This document shows positions 51,501 through 64,000 of a DNA stretch of 64,000 bases, one piece after another (the stretch's first letter is position 1; the number at the start of each line of letters is the position of its first letter). Source of the stretch: Azolla caroliniana. Lineage: Eukaryota; Plantae; Polypodiophyta. The stretch lies in assembly GCA_043228905.1 (NCBI GenBank), contig JBHGNT010000013.1, positions 7,006,001-7,070,000 of the forward strand, written 5' to 3'. Made by a program: the position numbers and the translations under genes. The notes beneath the pieces are model-generated. The model saw only the letters and a program-made list of their open reading frames with translations, was not told the DNA's origin and did not search any database.

Positions 51501-54500
51501 ATGCAAAGGAGTCTAAACAAGAATTAGTGTTGCTACAATTGGATATCGAGAAAGCCTATGATAATGTGGATTGGCCATTTATAAATCAATTGATGTCTCA
51601 TATGGTTTTTGGTGACTGTATGTCTAAGTTAATATACACATTAGGGGAGGGTTCAGTTTCACATGTGATGTTTAATGGAGGAGTAACACATCCGATTTCT
51701 ATTCGAAGGTCAGTTAGACAAGGATGCCCGGTAAGTCCTTTACTATTCACTATTGTGACACATCCTATTCTTGCTAAGTTACACAATATGGCTATGGAGG
51801 AAGAATTGCTTGGACTAAGGTTGACATCAGGGAAGCCATGTATTGTTCAAGCTCTTGCAGATGACCATATTATGTTTTTGGCACCTAATCGGGAAAATAT
51901 TACTAAGACGAGATGTGTGGGAATTGTTTTCAAATGCTTCGGGGTTGAGAATTAATATACATAAATCTGTCCTCATTTCATGTACAGAACAAGATGTGTT
52001 AGGGTTGGGGTGGTCGGGAATGATAGTACATCGTGGTATGATTTGTCCTCACCTTGGATATCCAATTGGGGTGGAAGTTTCTCATGTGAAACTTATTGAG
52101 TGGGTATCCAAAAGGTTGGAGGATAAGTTTATGTATTGGAGGTCTCAATTTTGGCCTTTTCATGTACAGCTTAAGGTGGTCCAATAGATTATAGTCTCTA
52201 TGGTATTTTATTATCTTCCTTTGCCCTCATGGTCAAAGAAAGCTCTTGAAATGTTGCCACACTCGATGCGAATGTTGTTATGGAAAAGAAAAGGGAAAAG
52301 TGCCTTGTCGTGGTTGGCATGGGATCATGTTTATACTCTAAAGCGTCTTGGTGGGGCATCAATATTGAATCTATATGAGCATATGGTGGCTCGTCGATTT
52401 ACTTTCATTCTATTTATGTTTGAAGGTGTACAACCTTGGATAGAAATGTTGGCATAGTTTATAGAAAAGAACAGAATAAAGCTTGGAAACATGAAGGTTG
52501 AAGCAAATTAGTGGAATGTAATTAATTTTGACACGGATGTCAAATGTGCAAGGTCTATGATAGTTAATCATTTGTTGACATCGTGGCAAAGTATGTTGGA
52601 TTTTGTGGAATGACATTCCCCACATGAAAGGGGACGTGCCAATTCATTACAAATGGAGGTTTTGGCAACATCAAGGTTGCTGAGGTGGGAAGGTAAACAA
52701 ATTCTTGACCTTCAATTTAATCGAATGGCTAGATTGGGTTTGGTAACAGTTAAGGATGCTATGTTGGTTTCACAAAGAAGATTAATGGCTTTTCGAACAA
52801 TAAGATCAACATTTCGTATTCCAAAAGGTTATAACTTTATTTGGGATAAGTTGCAACAAATACTATCTTCGCATGAGCCAATTCCTGATTTAGATGGGTG
52901 ATCTCAAGAGCTTGATTGGAGGTTTGTTGGAAATAAGAGATTGATTATGATCTCAATGAATGTTGCTTATCACAAGTTGATTGACAAACATAAGTGGTTG
53001 GAAGAAAGGGTGATAAAGATATGGGGTTTTCATAAGCCTATTACTTGGTGGCTTCATGCGATCAAGGCAGGTTGGTGTTCTTGATTGATGCTACGAGCCA
53101 AGGTATTTATTTGGAGAGTTATGGTTGGAGCATTAGCATTAGGGGATGCATTAAAAAAAAGAAACATTACTAAAGGATTGTGTGTGTCTTTTGTTCGGTG
53201 GAATTGGAACATAGTAGGCATCGATTTATTTCATGCCCGATGGCAATGATGGTTTGGAGGTATATAAGTTTAATGTGGATGTCTCTAATAGGAGTAGGTC
53301 TATCTTCCTTCAGTTGGGTTTTTGCACATATGGAGAACAATGAACCGATGCCTCATTTTCAAATTATTTTTGAGTTCTTGCGGTATTGGGGGCTATGGTT
53401 CAATTGGAATATGCGGAATGCCTTCATTTTTTATTCGCAAGTTGGGTGAGAAAATATGTTCTAAAGTGAAAAGGATTTCTTTTGTGACAATTGACAGTGC
53501 TAGTGAAGTCAAGAAATCTCAACTAGGAAGAGAGAGAACTCTGCAAGGTCACATATCATCATATTCACCATTTGAATTGGTGTGTAGGGTGGCATTGAGT
53601 TTGGTGTCATAGTATTCTTTAAACCCCTAGAGAGAAGGGTTCTATACTTTGTAGTAAATTAGTCATGCTGGTGTTTTTTCTTTCATAATGAAAGCCATTA
53701 TTTACGAGAGAGAGAGAGTGTGTGTGTGTGTTTGTGTGGGAGCGAGTGCAGACTGCAGCAATTCGAAATCCATGGAGCGGTGGGGTGTGTAGAATGTAAT
53801 ACATATGTATATATATGTATGGTATGTATGTTATATTGGATGGGCCCCAACCAAAATTATGTACATATGTATCAGTATGTAATTTTATTTTTTATTTGGC
53901 ATTAGGAGGAGGAGGAGAGGACAGTTCCACGATGGCCCCCCCCTCCCCAATTTTCACTTTCTATTTCAAGAGCCTTAATCAAGTAAGTGTGCAATCCCTT
54001 GCTCTTGGAACTAGAATTGGCTTTACATTCGAAGGGATGTATGTAATTTACCATTGGTTCCACCACTTTTGAATCCAGACACACGTTGTCATGAACACAT
54101 GATTCTGGCACATGTGATTTCTTCATAACAAAAGGTGAATGCTTCCCCCATCCCATGTCTTTCTAGCATCTTCTCGAACGAATTCTTCTTCCCAAGTAGG
54201 CAACAAAAAGTTCCTCCCTTGAATATCTAGATCCTTGATTAACCCTAGGGTGAAACTTCAACCCAATTTTAGCTAGATCCTCAATCATCCCTTGTCTTGA
54301 TGTGAGGAACACATATGAGAAAATGGGTTACTAAGTATATATATAAAAGATGGAAGTGTAGGGAAGAAGTACCAAAAGAAGGTCACTAGACAAGATGAAG
54401 CTAAAGATAACACAAACATGTAGCTTAATGTACATGAGCTTACATTAGGAGCGTAAAGTCGGGGTTCGGTCCTACCTAAACTATGAGAGGTCAAGTGGAC

Positions 54501-56749
54501 ATCAATGGGATGAACAAGAAGAATGCAAATGGATGGACATGGATATCGGTATTTTCCTCATACCAAGCACACAAGGAAGAGGAGTGCATGCAAGGTGAAA
54601 ATGTGAGGTGTGTGATAAAAAATGACAATTAATATTTAAATTTGCGTGAAGAGTTGAGATCCAGAGGCCTATAAAAGTAGGAGGAGAGCTCATTTTTTGG
54701 TGTTGGAATTTTGGATCAAGGCTGAAGCACTGCAGAAATCTTGAATGAGCTCGGGTAACGTATCATCAGGGCATTCAAGACTATCGATGACAAGAGGCAA
54801 TGAAGCCATCTCACTAGTCCATTGAACCAAAACTCATGTATATCCCTTCAAAACTCTATCCGAAATTCTTATATCTCTATTCTCTTTATCTATTACCCAT
54901 TTAAGCTGCTCCATGGAACAGAACCTAGGATCGTTTCACTTGTATCTAAATCAACATTTCAATCTTTGATGTATTTTACCTTTTGGATATTTGTTGAGAT
55001 ACAAGCTCAACATTGGCCGGATCGGTTGTGCAAGTTGCGAACCGGATCGGTGCGTAAACCAGTGCGCGACAAGAGGCCAGATCGGTGCGGAAACCGGGAG
55101 GCCGTTGAACAGATATTCCGCGAGGGAATATATTTGGGAGTTAGTGTAGGAGATCAATTATGAGCATTGAAGTACGTGTCAGTACTTTTGTTAGTCCGTA
55201 TGGACTTGTATAAAAGTGCTCTCTGAGCACATCCTATGTACAGAGTTTACACATTATTTTGAATTTAGTTTTTCTGTGTGTTTTTCCCTCTCTGTCTCTC
55301 TCGCGTACATTGTGTCTTAAGCTCTCCATTAAACCTGTTTTTTCTCTATCAGTATTCTTTGTTTCGTATAGCTTCCGCACGTAACATTTCACATGGTATC
55401 AGAGCGCGAGGGTTGATAACCTCTGCAGCCGACTTCAGCTCGAAACAAAAAAAACCTAATCTTGGTGAAGAACAGAAAGAAAAAAAAAGGATAGAGGTAT
55501 GGCTAGTTCGCTTCCAACTAAGAAGCTCGACAGAAGTAACTATGCATCTTGGTTGTACAAGATGCACCAGTACCTGCTCGGATATGGATACTGGAGCTAT
55601 GTCGATGGAGCGAATGATGCAGTACTCGAATCGACACACAAAGACCTCCCAACCTGGGAACAGTGTACGAGCAAAGTCCTCTACTGCTTCATGTCCTTTG
55701 TGAGCGAACAACTCTTGAGCTACATTCGGGATGCAAGAACGCCGAAGGATGCTTGGGGAAATCTGAAAAAGATTTTCGCCGCAAGCATCACAGCCAGGAA
55801 GCTCCAACTCTGACAGGAGTTGAGCCATGTGCGTCAATGCGACATGACGGTGGCTGACTACATCTCCAAGATCAAGGATATTTGCAACTCCCTCACCTCC
55901 ATCAATGTAAACGTGGAGGAGGGCGAAATGGTGCAGATCTGCCTCGAAGGATTGGTGTCGAAGTTCGGAGCATTCCGAACTGCTATTTGTACAAGGGAGA
56001 ATATGCCGTCGTTTTCAACTTGCAGTCGATGCTCCTTGTAGAGGAGAATCACGTGGATGCGTCGATGAATACGCACGCCGATAGCAAGATGTTGTACACA
56101 GAGGGAGATAGGCCCCGTGGTCATGATGGATGAGGCGAGTCGGCGCGCAATGGAGGCGGCCAACGGGAGCAAGGAAGAAGGCATCGTGGTGATGCCAACA
56201 ACAATTCCAGACCCTCCAGAAGCAGGGGGAGTCGAGGAGGCGACGAGAAACAACAAGGGAAACACACCACGGAATGTTGGTATTGTGGCATGAAAGGCCA
56301 CAAGGAGAGTGAGTGCTAGAAGAAGTGCGCCGATTCGGAGAAAACCGGATCCGGATCCAGACGGACTGAACAAGGAAATCGGCAATGGATGCACTACGCC
56401 ACAAGATCCGAAAAAGTCGGAAAGGGGGCAGCCTTCGTGACAAGACACGAAGCGAACTCGATGAAGAAGACCACCCCGAAATTGGACGAAGTGTGGTACG
56501 TTTACTCTGGAGCATCAAACTGTATGACGAACCATAAAGAGTGGTTCTCATATCTGGAAAAACCGGAACAACCGGAACAACCGGGAGTAGTCGCAATAGG
56601 AGACGAAACTCCGCATTCGATTGTACATGTCGGCGTAGAGATGGGAGGATGTTCATCCTCGGCACCAATGACGTAGGCACTACCATGTTCGCGAAAGGGC
56701 AAAAAGTCGAGTCGGATATCGACTTGTGGCATAAGCGGATAGGCCACGT

Positions 56750-56908
56750 TGTCGCGTTGTTACGCGCGTGCATGGAGAAAGGCGGGACCACGGGGGTCTT
56801 GGACTAGGGAGTGACGGAGCATAGGAAGTCGTACTTCACCGTTTCCGGGGCATCCCAGAGGCACACCGGAAGCAACCGAAGGGAGCGCGCGCTTGACGCC
56901 GACTCACG

Positions 56909-56949
<41 letters not shown>

Positions 56950-57537
56950 GCCGACCCGACTCACGCCCTTATGTACAGGAAACGCCAGAAAGGGGAAGCA
57001 CCCGACACCAACAGAGACACCAATATACACAGACAGACGCAAATGTATATATATAAAAGGAGGAATACATTCCCGGCTTCGAGCCGGACCAAGGTAGGTT
57101 ACAGTAGTCGTCGGCCGCCAAGCCGCCGGTCGGGGAGCTCATGGGCTTGTCGCGCTGAGCGGGGTCTTGCGCAGGAGACGAGCTGAAGCAAACCCTAAGC
57201 GAACACGAAGGGGGAGAAGAAGAAGAAGAAGAAGAAGAAGAAGAAATGTAACTAACCTAAAGGAAGACCCAAGAAGAAAACCCTAACCGAAACCCTAAAA
57301 CCGAATAGGAAACCCTCGACCTAAGTGGTATGCCTCCCTCCCTCAAAATAGGCAACCCTTCATAAGTGACCCCTCCCTTCCTTTTATAGCCCAAGGAGGG
57401 AGGGACCTTACAATGTGGGATAAAATTTCCCCTCTCTTTCTATACACCATATCCTAGTTTACATGTGCACATGTAGCACACCACCGACTTGCCCTTCCCA
57501 CCCCGGTTTCCGTCTATGGACGAAAATCTTCACGACA
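56750..57537 (-). mobile_element. Solo LTR (788 bp) with 4-bp TSD inside element F
   Basis: TGTCG...CGACA termini, TSD ACGT; removal restores RIGH-VN; shares a GGGA..C..GGGGT.TTGGACTAGG motif with the Trp-gypsy LTR end. Confidence 0.9.
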
Positions 57538-60500
57538 ACGTCAACTCCCAAAAGCTTCAGGACCTGCAATCAAATCAAGTTGTGTTCGGATTGCCGAAAT
57601 TCAGTGGTTGAAAGGCCCAAATTTGTGAAGCATGCCAACTAGGGAAGCAACACAGACTTCCTTTCCCCAACGAGCGTAATCAGAGCCGAAATAAGCTCAA
57701 CTTGATACATTTAGATGTATGGGGACTGACACAGAATGTGAGTCTTAGCGGGAGTCGATATTTCGTCTCCTTCATCGACGATTACATCTAGCACACATGG
57801 ATCTATCTCATCGAAAAGAAGAGTGAAGCCTTCGACTGTTTCCGGAACCTCAAAAATCTTGTTGAAAGGGAGACAGGGAGGAAGATCAAGTGCTTGTGGT
57901 CGGATGGTGGAAAAGAGTACTTTTTCGGTCAATTCAACAGTTATCTGCAACAAATGGGTATTTGGCGCGAATTCAGTTGCAGGTATACGCCGGAGCAAAA
58001 CGGCATAGCCGAAAGGAAGAATCGGTCAGTTGTGGAAGCAGCACGGGCAATGCTGGAAGAAAAGGGCATGCCTAAGTTCTATTGGGCCGAAGCGGTCCGA
58101 ACCGCGGTCTACATCTAAAATCGGATTGGAGAAAAAGTGTCGGCACATGAGCTGTATTTCGGAAGGAAGCCGAATCTACGACACTCGAGGGTTTTCGGTA
58201 GCATTGCGTATGTGCATGTGCCAAAGGAGAAGCGGAGGAAGTGTATCTTGGTCGGCTACTCGGACGAATAGAAGGGTTATAAGTCGCGATGTCCTGTTTG
58301 ATGAGTCCGCGTCTTGGTATTTGCCTTCGACTCCAGACCTCAACTCCAATCCAAGTTCTGAAGATGAAGTCAGCGAGGCTGAGATGCCTCTTGATGAACG
58401 CGAAGTCGGAACTCTTGAAGAGAATCCGATCTCATTTCGGCTAAGTGGACCGAATGAGCAACTGAGTCGGTTTGACCAGTCAGATGAAGAGCCAACGAAT
58501 AGTGGCGACTCGACCGTGCATTCCCTGTGCGGGAAGCCGAAGAGACGGCTTACGTGCAAAGAAAAGGGAAAGAAGAAGATGCCGGAGTACAACACGAATA
58601 GGGACGAGTCAGATCGACATGAATCCGACTCCGAGAAGAGTGATGACGGACCTTCAAGAGCGAAGCCCACGTCGGCCAGAATGGCCTCAACATCGGCTAA
58701 TGAGCAATTACGCCGATCTACCCGCTAGAAGAACCTTGTTGTGTGGTTCAGATACAATGAGTACATGGCGCATCACTATGTGTACATGACACGTGTAGTG
58801 GAAGTGCGTGAGCCAGAGAGCTACGTAGAAGCGGCAAAGGACACAAATTGGCGTGCCGCCATGGAGGAAGAGAAGAACGCACTTGTGGAGAATGAAACTT
58901 GGGACCTGGTTGACGCCCCCAAGGGTGTAAAGCTGATTGGATGCAGGTGGGTGTACAAGGTCGAGTACAACACCAACGGCTCGTTCAACCGATACAAGGC
59001 CCGATTAGTAGCAAAAGGCTACACGTAACAACATGGCATCAATTACGATGAGACGTTTGCGTCGGTCGTGAAGATGACGACCGTTCGTGTTTTGCTTGCG
59101 GTCGCTACGGCGAAGGGGTGGCATTTACATCAGATGGATGTAAAGAATGCGTTCCTGCAAGGTGAGCTTGAGGAACAAGTGTACATGGTACAACCCCGTG
59201 GATTTCACTCCATAACGAACACTTCAGTGGTATGCAGGTTGAAGAATTTCCTTTATAGACTAAAGCAAGCCCCGTGTGCCTGGAACGTGAAGATCACGCA
59301 ACGATTGCGTCGGATGGGATTTGCAACATCCAAATCATACTCTTCATTGTTCGTCCGGAAAGGTCGACTTGGGCCAGTTAGTATTTTACTTTATGTTGAT
59401 GAGTTGGTCATCGCCGGCGTCGACTTAGGTGAAATTGACCGCGTAAAGCTCCAGCTTGTAGCATAATTTGATATGAAGGGCCTGGGGGACCTTCATTCCT
59501 TTCTCATGATCGAAGTGATCCTAACCAACGACATTACGTGCCGAGTATGCTCTTCAAGCTCAGGATGGCAGACTGTAAGTCCGTCTCAACTCCTTTGGAC
59601 AGAACCGTGAAGTTTCGCCCCGACTCCGGAAAGTTCTACAACCCGAAAAGGTTTCGAGAGATTGTTGGAAGCCTCATATAATTGACTATCACGTGGTCGA
59701 CCTCAGTTACCCGGTCAACTTGATTAGTCAGTACATGGCACGACCGACCGAGGAGCACCTTCAGTGAGCGCAACGCGTACTCAGGTACGTCAGTGGCACT
59801 AAGGATCGGGGGCTACTATATTGGACCGGTACTGCCGCACAACTAGTCGGCTATACGGATGTCAACTGGACCGGAAACACCAGTGATCGCCGATCCACAT
59901 CCGGATTCGCATTCTCCCTTGGGTGTGCCGCGATCGTGTGGAGTAGCAAGAAGCAGCCGACAATTGCACTATCGAGCATAGAGGCCGAGTATCGAGCAAC
60001 GGCTGTCACAACATGCGAAGCCATATGGTTGAAGAGGCTGCTTAAGGGTTTGTAGGAGGAGGTGTCTGGTCCGACAACGATCTACTGCAACAACCTCAGT
60101 AGCATCCAACTTGTGAAGAACCTTGTCTTCCACGCCTGGACTAAGCACATTGAGGTGCACTACCACTTTATCCGCGAGCGTGTCCTCTCTAGTGAAGTCG
60201 AACTTTAGTATGTTCTGACGGATCGGCAAAATGCCGACATCTTCACCAAGCCCCTTGGTCTAGACAAGTTGCGGCAATTCTCGGGTGCGCTTGGGTTGCG
60301 GCCCCTCGACGTGCCGAACTTGATGGGGAGAAAAGTCCCGCATAACCACAGAAAGGAGCAAGAAAGGAGCAGAAGTGACCGCGACACCAAATCGAATGAC
60401 GAATTCGATTTAGCGTCGGTTGAAGAGGCCGAAGGCTGATCCGCGGAAGAGTCCGAAAGCAGACGAGAGGGCAGCAGCCGAAAGAAAGAGCCGGAGTCAG

Positions 60501-60773
60501 CCAAGCATGGGGGAGATGAAGCCAACAAGGGCGAGAAGGCCAAGATTGAGGACGAATTGGAGACAACCAATTCGGATTTTAGATTCAGAGACGCCGAATC
60601 AACTGAAGGCCAAGTGGAAGAAAGGACAACAGAAGAGGCGCCAACACTGTGATAGCAAGGGAGTTGGAAAAGGTCGCACGAGCAGACAAGCCGACTGTAA
60701 GGGTCGAAGCGCGCGGAATCGAACGAGTCGAGGAACACGAGCGAGGCGTGAAGCCAAGAGAAACCAGAGCGAA

Positions 60774-61207
60774 GGACCGGAAGAGCCTCAAGTTGAGCTT
60801 GAGGGGGAGTGTTGAGATACAAGCTCAACATTGACTGGATCGGATGTGCAAGCCGCGAACCGGATCGGTGCGTAAACCGGTGCGTCAACTGGTGTGCAAA
60901 CCGGTGCGCAACAAGAGGCCGGATCGGTGCGGAAACTGGGAGGCCATTGAACAGATATTCCGCGAGGGAATATATTTGGGAGTTAGTGTAGGACCGGAAG
61001 AGCCTCAAGTTGAGCTTGAGGGGGAGTGTTGAGATACAAGCTCAACACTGACCGGATCGGATGTGCAAGCCGCGAACCGGATCGGTGCGTAAACCGGTGC
61101 GTCAACTGGTGTGCAAACCGGTGCGCAACAAGAGGCCGGATCGGTGCGGAAACTGGGAGGCCATTGAACATATATTCCGTGAGGGAATATATTTGGGAGT
61201 TAGTGTA
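60774..61207 (+). repeat. 217-bp tandem duplication of the PPT plus U3 start of the F 3' LTR
   Basis: GGACCGGAAGAGCCTCAAG at 60774 and 60991; AGGA microhomology at the join. Confidence 0.93.
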
Positions 61208-61786
61208 GGAGCTCAGTTATGAGCATTGAAGTACGTGTTAGTACTTTTGTCAATTCATATGGACTTGTATAAAAGTGCTCTCTGAGCACATCCTATGTAC
61301 AGAGTTTACACATTATTTTGAATTTAGTTTTTCTGTGTGTTTTTCCCTCTCTGTCTCTCTCGCGTACATTGTGTCTTAAGCTCTCCATTAAACCTATTTT
61401 TTCTCTGTCAGTATTCTTTGTTTCGTATAGCTTTCGCACATAACATTTCACAATATTCATAAAAGAAATAATTTGAGAAAAAACTACTATCTCATATGAT
61501 TTGTTATCAAATAGGATCACAATGGCTTTTTTGGCTTCGAAAACGTGTTCGAAGTGCAAATTTACGTAATGTCAAGCAAAATTGCCGAATAACCGATATT
61601 GGGTTATGGCACTAAGAAACTTGCTACACCAACATGAAGATTTCTTCTCAAGGATTGAGATGAAATGTTTGGATTGTGAATTTGACCTATAAGTAAAAAG
61701 TAGGGAGATCATGTATGAATTTCGGTTTATGGGAGTAGAACCTGCTACGCATCCTCCCCAACTTGTTTTCAACTATGATATTTTTT

Positions 61787-64000
61787 TGTAAAAGAATACG
61801 ATGTGCAGAAGCGTGCATAAAAGACACAAAGTATATAGTTGATGTTCGGAAACACAACAGTTTGGTAAATGCAGAGAACACAAAGAATGAGAGAGAGAGA
61901 GGGAGGGAGAGACACAGAGATCAAACACAAAATTCTATTACAAAGAAATTACACTCTGTACATAGGACGTGCTCAGAGAGCACTTTTATACAAGTCCATA
62001 CAGACTGATAGAAGTACCGATTCGTACTTCAATGCTCATTAATGAGCCCCTACACTAACTTCCAAAATATATTCCTCCACGGAATATCTATCCAACGGCC
62101 TCCCGGGTTACGCACTGATACGGCCTAGTTGCGCACCCAGTCTACGCACCCAATGTTGAGCTTGATCTCAACACTCCCTCTCAAGCTCAACTTGAGGTTC
62201 CGCCTTCTCTTCCGGTTCTTCGCTCCGGCTTCTCTTGGCTTCACGCCTCAGTCATGCTCCTCGACCCGTTCGATTCTGCGTCCCTCGACTCTTTCGGTCA
62301 GCTTGACTGCTCATGTGGCCTTTCCCAGCTCCCTTGTTGTCATGGTGTTGGCGCCACTTTCGGTGCCCTTACTTCCACTTGGCCTTTAGTTGATTCGGCG
62401 TCTCCAAATCGAATTTTCGAACAGAATCGGTTGTCTCCGATTCATCTCCGGTCTTCAAGCCCCTGACCACATCTGACCATGTCTTGGTCTTGGCCTTCTT
62501 GGACTTCTTGGATCCATCTCCCCCTTGTTTGGCTAAGTCCGGCTCTTCCCTTCGATTGTTGCCCCTGTTTCCGCCTTCGGTTTCTTCAACCAATCGGAAA
62601 TTGAATTCGTCACCTGACTCGGCTTCGCAATCACTTCAGCTCCTTTCCTGCCTCCATTCCTGGTCTTTTCTCCCCCTCGAGTTCGGCACACCGAGGTGCC
62701 GCAAACCAAGGGGCTTGGTGAAGATGTTGGCAGTCTGCCGATCCGTCGAAACATATACTAGTTTGACTTCACCGGAGAGGACACGCTCGCGGACAAAATG
62801 TAGTGCACCTCAATGTGCTTGGTTCGGGCGTTGAAGACGAGGTTCTTCGCAAGTTGGATGTTGCTGAGGTTGTCACAATAGATCGTCGTCAGATCGGACA
62901 CCTCCACTTGCAAATCCCGTAATAGCCTTTTTAGCCAAATGAGTTCGCACGTAGCGACAACCGCCCCTCGATACTCGGCCTTCGTGCTCGACAGTGCCAC
63001 TATCGACTGCTTTTTACTGCTACACGCGATCGCAACACTTCCCAATGAGAAGACATATCCAGATGTTGATCTGCGATCACCAGCATTTCCGGCCCAATCG
63101 ACATCCGTGTAACCGACTAACTGCTCAACTACTCATGCCTGATATAGCAACGCCATGTCCTTAGTGCCGTTGACATACCGCAATATCCTTTGCGTGCACT
63201 GGAGATGTTCGGTCTTTGGTTGCAACATGAATTGGCTGATCAGACCAACCGGGTAACTAAGGTTCGACCAAGTGATCGTCAAATAGATGAGGCTTCCGAC
63301 AATCTGTCGAAACCGTGTCGGGTCACACGCCTTTCCCGAATCTCGATGAAGCTTGATGTTTCTGTCTAGAGGGGTCGAGATGGACTTACAATCTGCCATC
63401 CCGAACTTGAAGATCATATTCAACATGTAATGACATTGGCTGACCAATATGCCTTCGAGAGTGTAGATCACTTCGATCCCTAGGAAGTAATGAAGGTCCC
63501 CTAGGTCCTTCTTGTCAAATGATGCCGTGAGCTGGGACTTTACGCGGCTGATTTCATCTAGGTCGGCGTCGGTAATGACTAAATCATCAACATAAAGTAA
63601 GATACTAACCGGTCCATGTCGACCTTGCCGGACAAACAATGAAGAGTCCAATTTGGACGTCGCAAACCGCATCCGACACAGGTGTTATGTGATCTCCGCG
63701 TTCCAAGCGCGCAGGGCATGCTTTAGTCCGTAGAGGGACTTCTTCAATCGGCATAGCACCAAATTGTTCTTTCTAGAGTGAAATCCTGGGGGTTGTACCA
63801 TTTACACATGTTCCTCAAGTTTCCCTTGCACAAACGCATTCTTTACATCCATCTGATATAAATGCCACCCCTTCGCTGCTGCTACAGCCAGTAGTACATG
63901 GACAATTGTCATCTTCGGGATAGGCACGAAGTTCTCGTCATAATCAATGCCCTGCTTCTGCGCATAGCCCTTTGCCACTAATTGGGCCTTGTAGCTGTTG
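61787..64000 (-). mobile_element. Ty1/copia element G (3' LTR, RNase H, RT); continues beyond the window
   Basis: LTR 61787-62173, PPT, TKHIEVHY, LLYVDDLVI; related to B and F. Confidence 0.92.

Larger units (their letters stand above)
32940..53700 (+). mobile_element. L1-type LINE (ORF1 + ORF2), decayed, split by the copia nest 34546-50364
   Basis: ORF1 knuckle CFHCGVLG; ORF2 starts MKITTWNVRGL at 33956, GDFN, SRLDRMY|V across the insertion, LDIEKAYD, RQGCPVSP, LADD, C-terminal CVFC..EHSRHRFISC; outer ends approximate. Confidence 0.9.
54992..61452 (+). mobile_element. Ty1/copia element F (same family as B), full-length, decayed
   Basis: TSD ATATT; 5' LTR 54992-55393, PBS TGGTATCAGAGC; gag, IN, RT (YVDE), RH; 3' LTR 61027-61452. 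Confidence 0.95.

Noticed and set aside
53900-54990. Possible LTR or promoter-like segment (TATA near 54670)
   Set aside because: No termini, TSD or second copy could be identified
57188-57300. Telomeric repeats (three AAACCCTA)
   Set aside because: Dispersed telo-box-like motifs inside a solo LTR, not an array
60860-60910. CRISPR-like repeats
   Set aside because: 12-bp LTR tandem units without spacers, in a eukaryotic context

Overview
Eukaryotic land-plant nuclear DNA, probably a fern (inferred from the plastid psbA 3' end and the TE landscape). Most of the window is nested, decayed transposable elements. One intact host gene sits in the middle: a 10-exon, minus-strand, chloroplast-targeted S4-domain RNA-binding protein of the YlmH/Sll1252 family (26393-32681, 350 aa). 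It has a GC-AG intron, a psbA plastid insertion in intron 8 and a LINE fragment in intron 2. Left of the gene: a Ty3/gypsy element with a tRNA-Trp PBS, a decayed divergent gene pair that looks like a DNA transposon, and a Ty1/copia element carrying two further copia insertions. Right of the gene: an L1-type LINE split by a 15.8-kb copia nest (copia in a copia LTR, solo LTRs, a non-autonomous Tat-like element), then two more copia elements. Most notable observations: (1) tRNA-like Pol III A/B-box cassettes pointing outward from the U3 end of LTRs in two different LTR families; (2) a gypsy family with 4-bp CG-centred TSDs; (3) signs of templated repair or gene conversion between nested copia elements; (4) the psbA 3' end with its stem-loop inside an intron of a PSII-associated gene. 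All coordinates were read by eye and no alignments or database searches were run.
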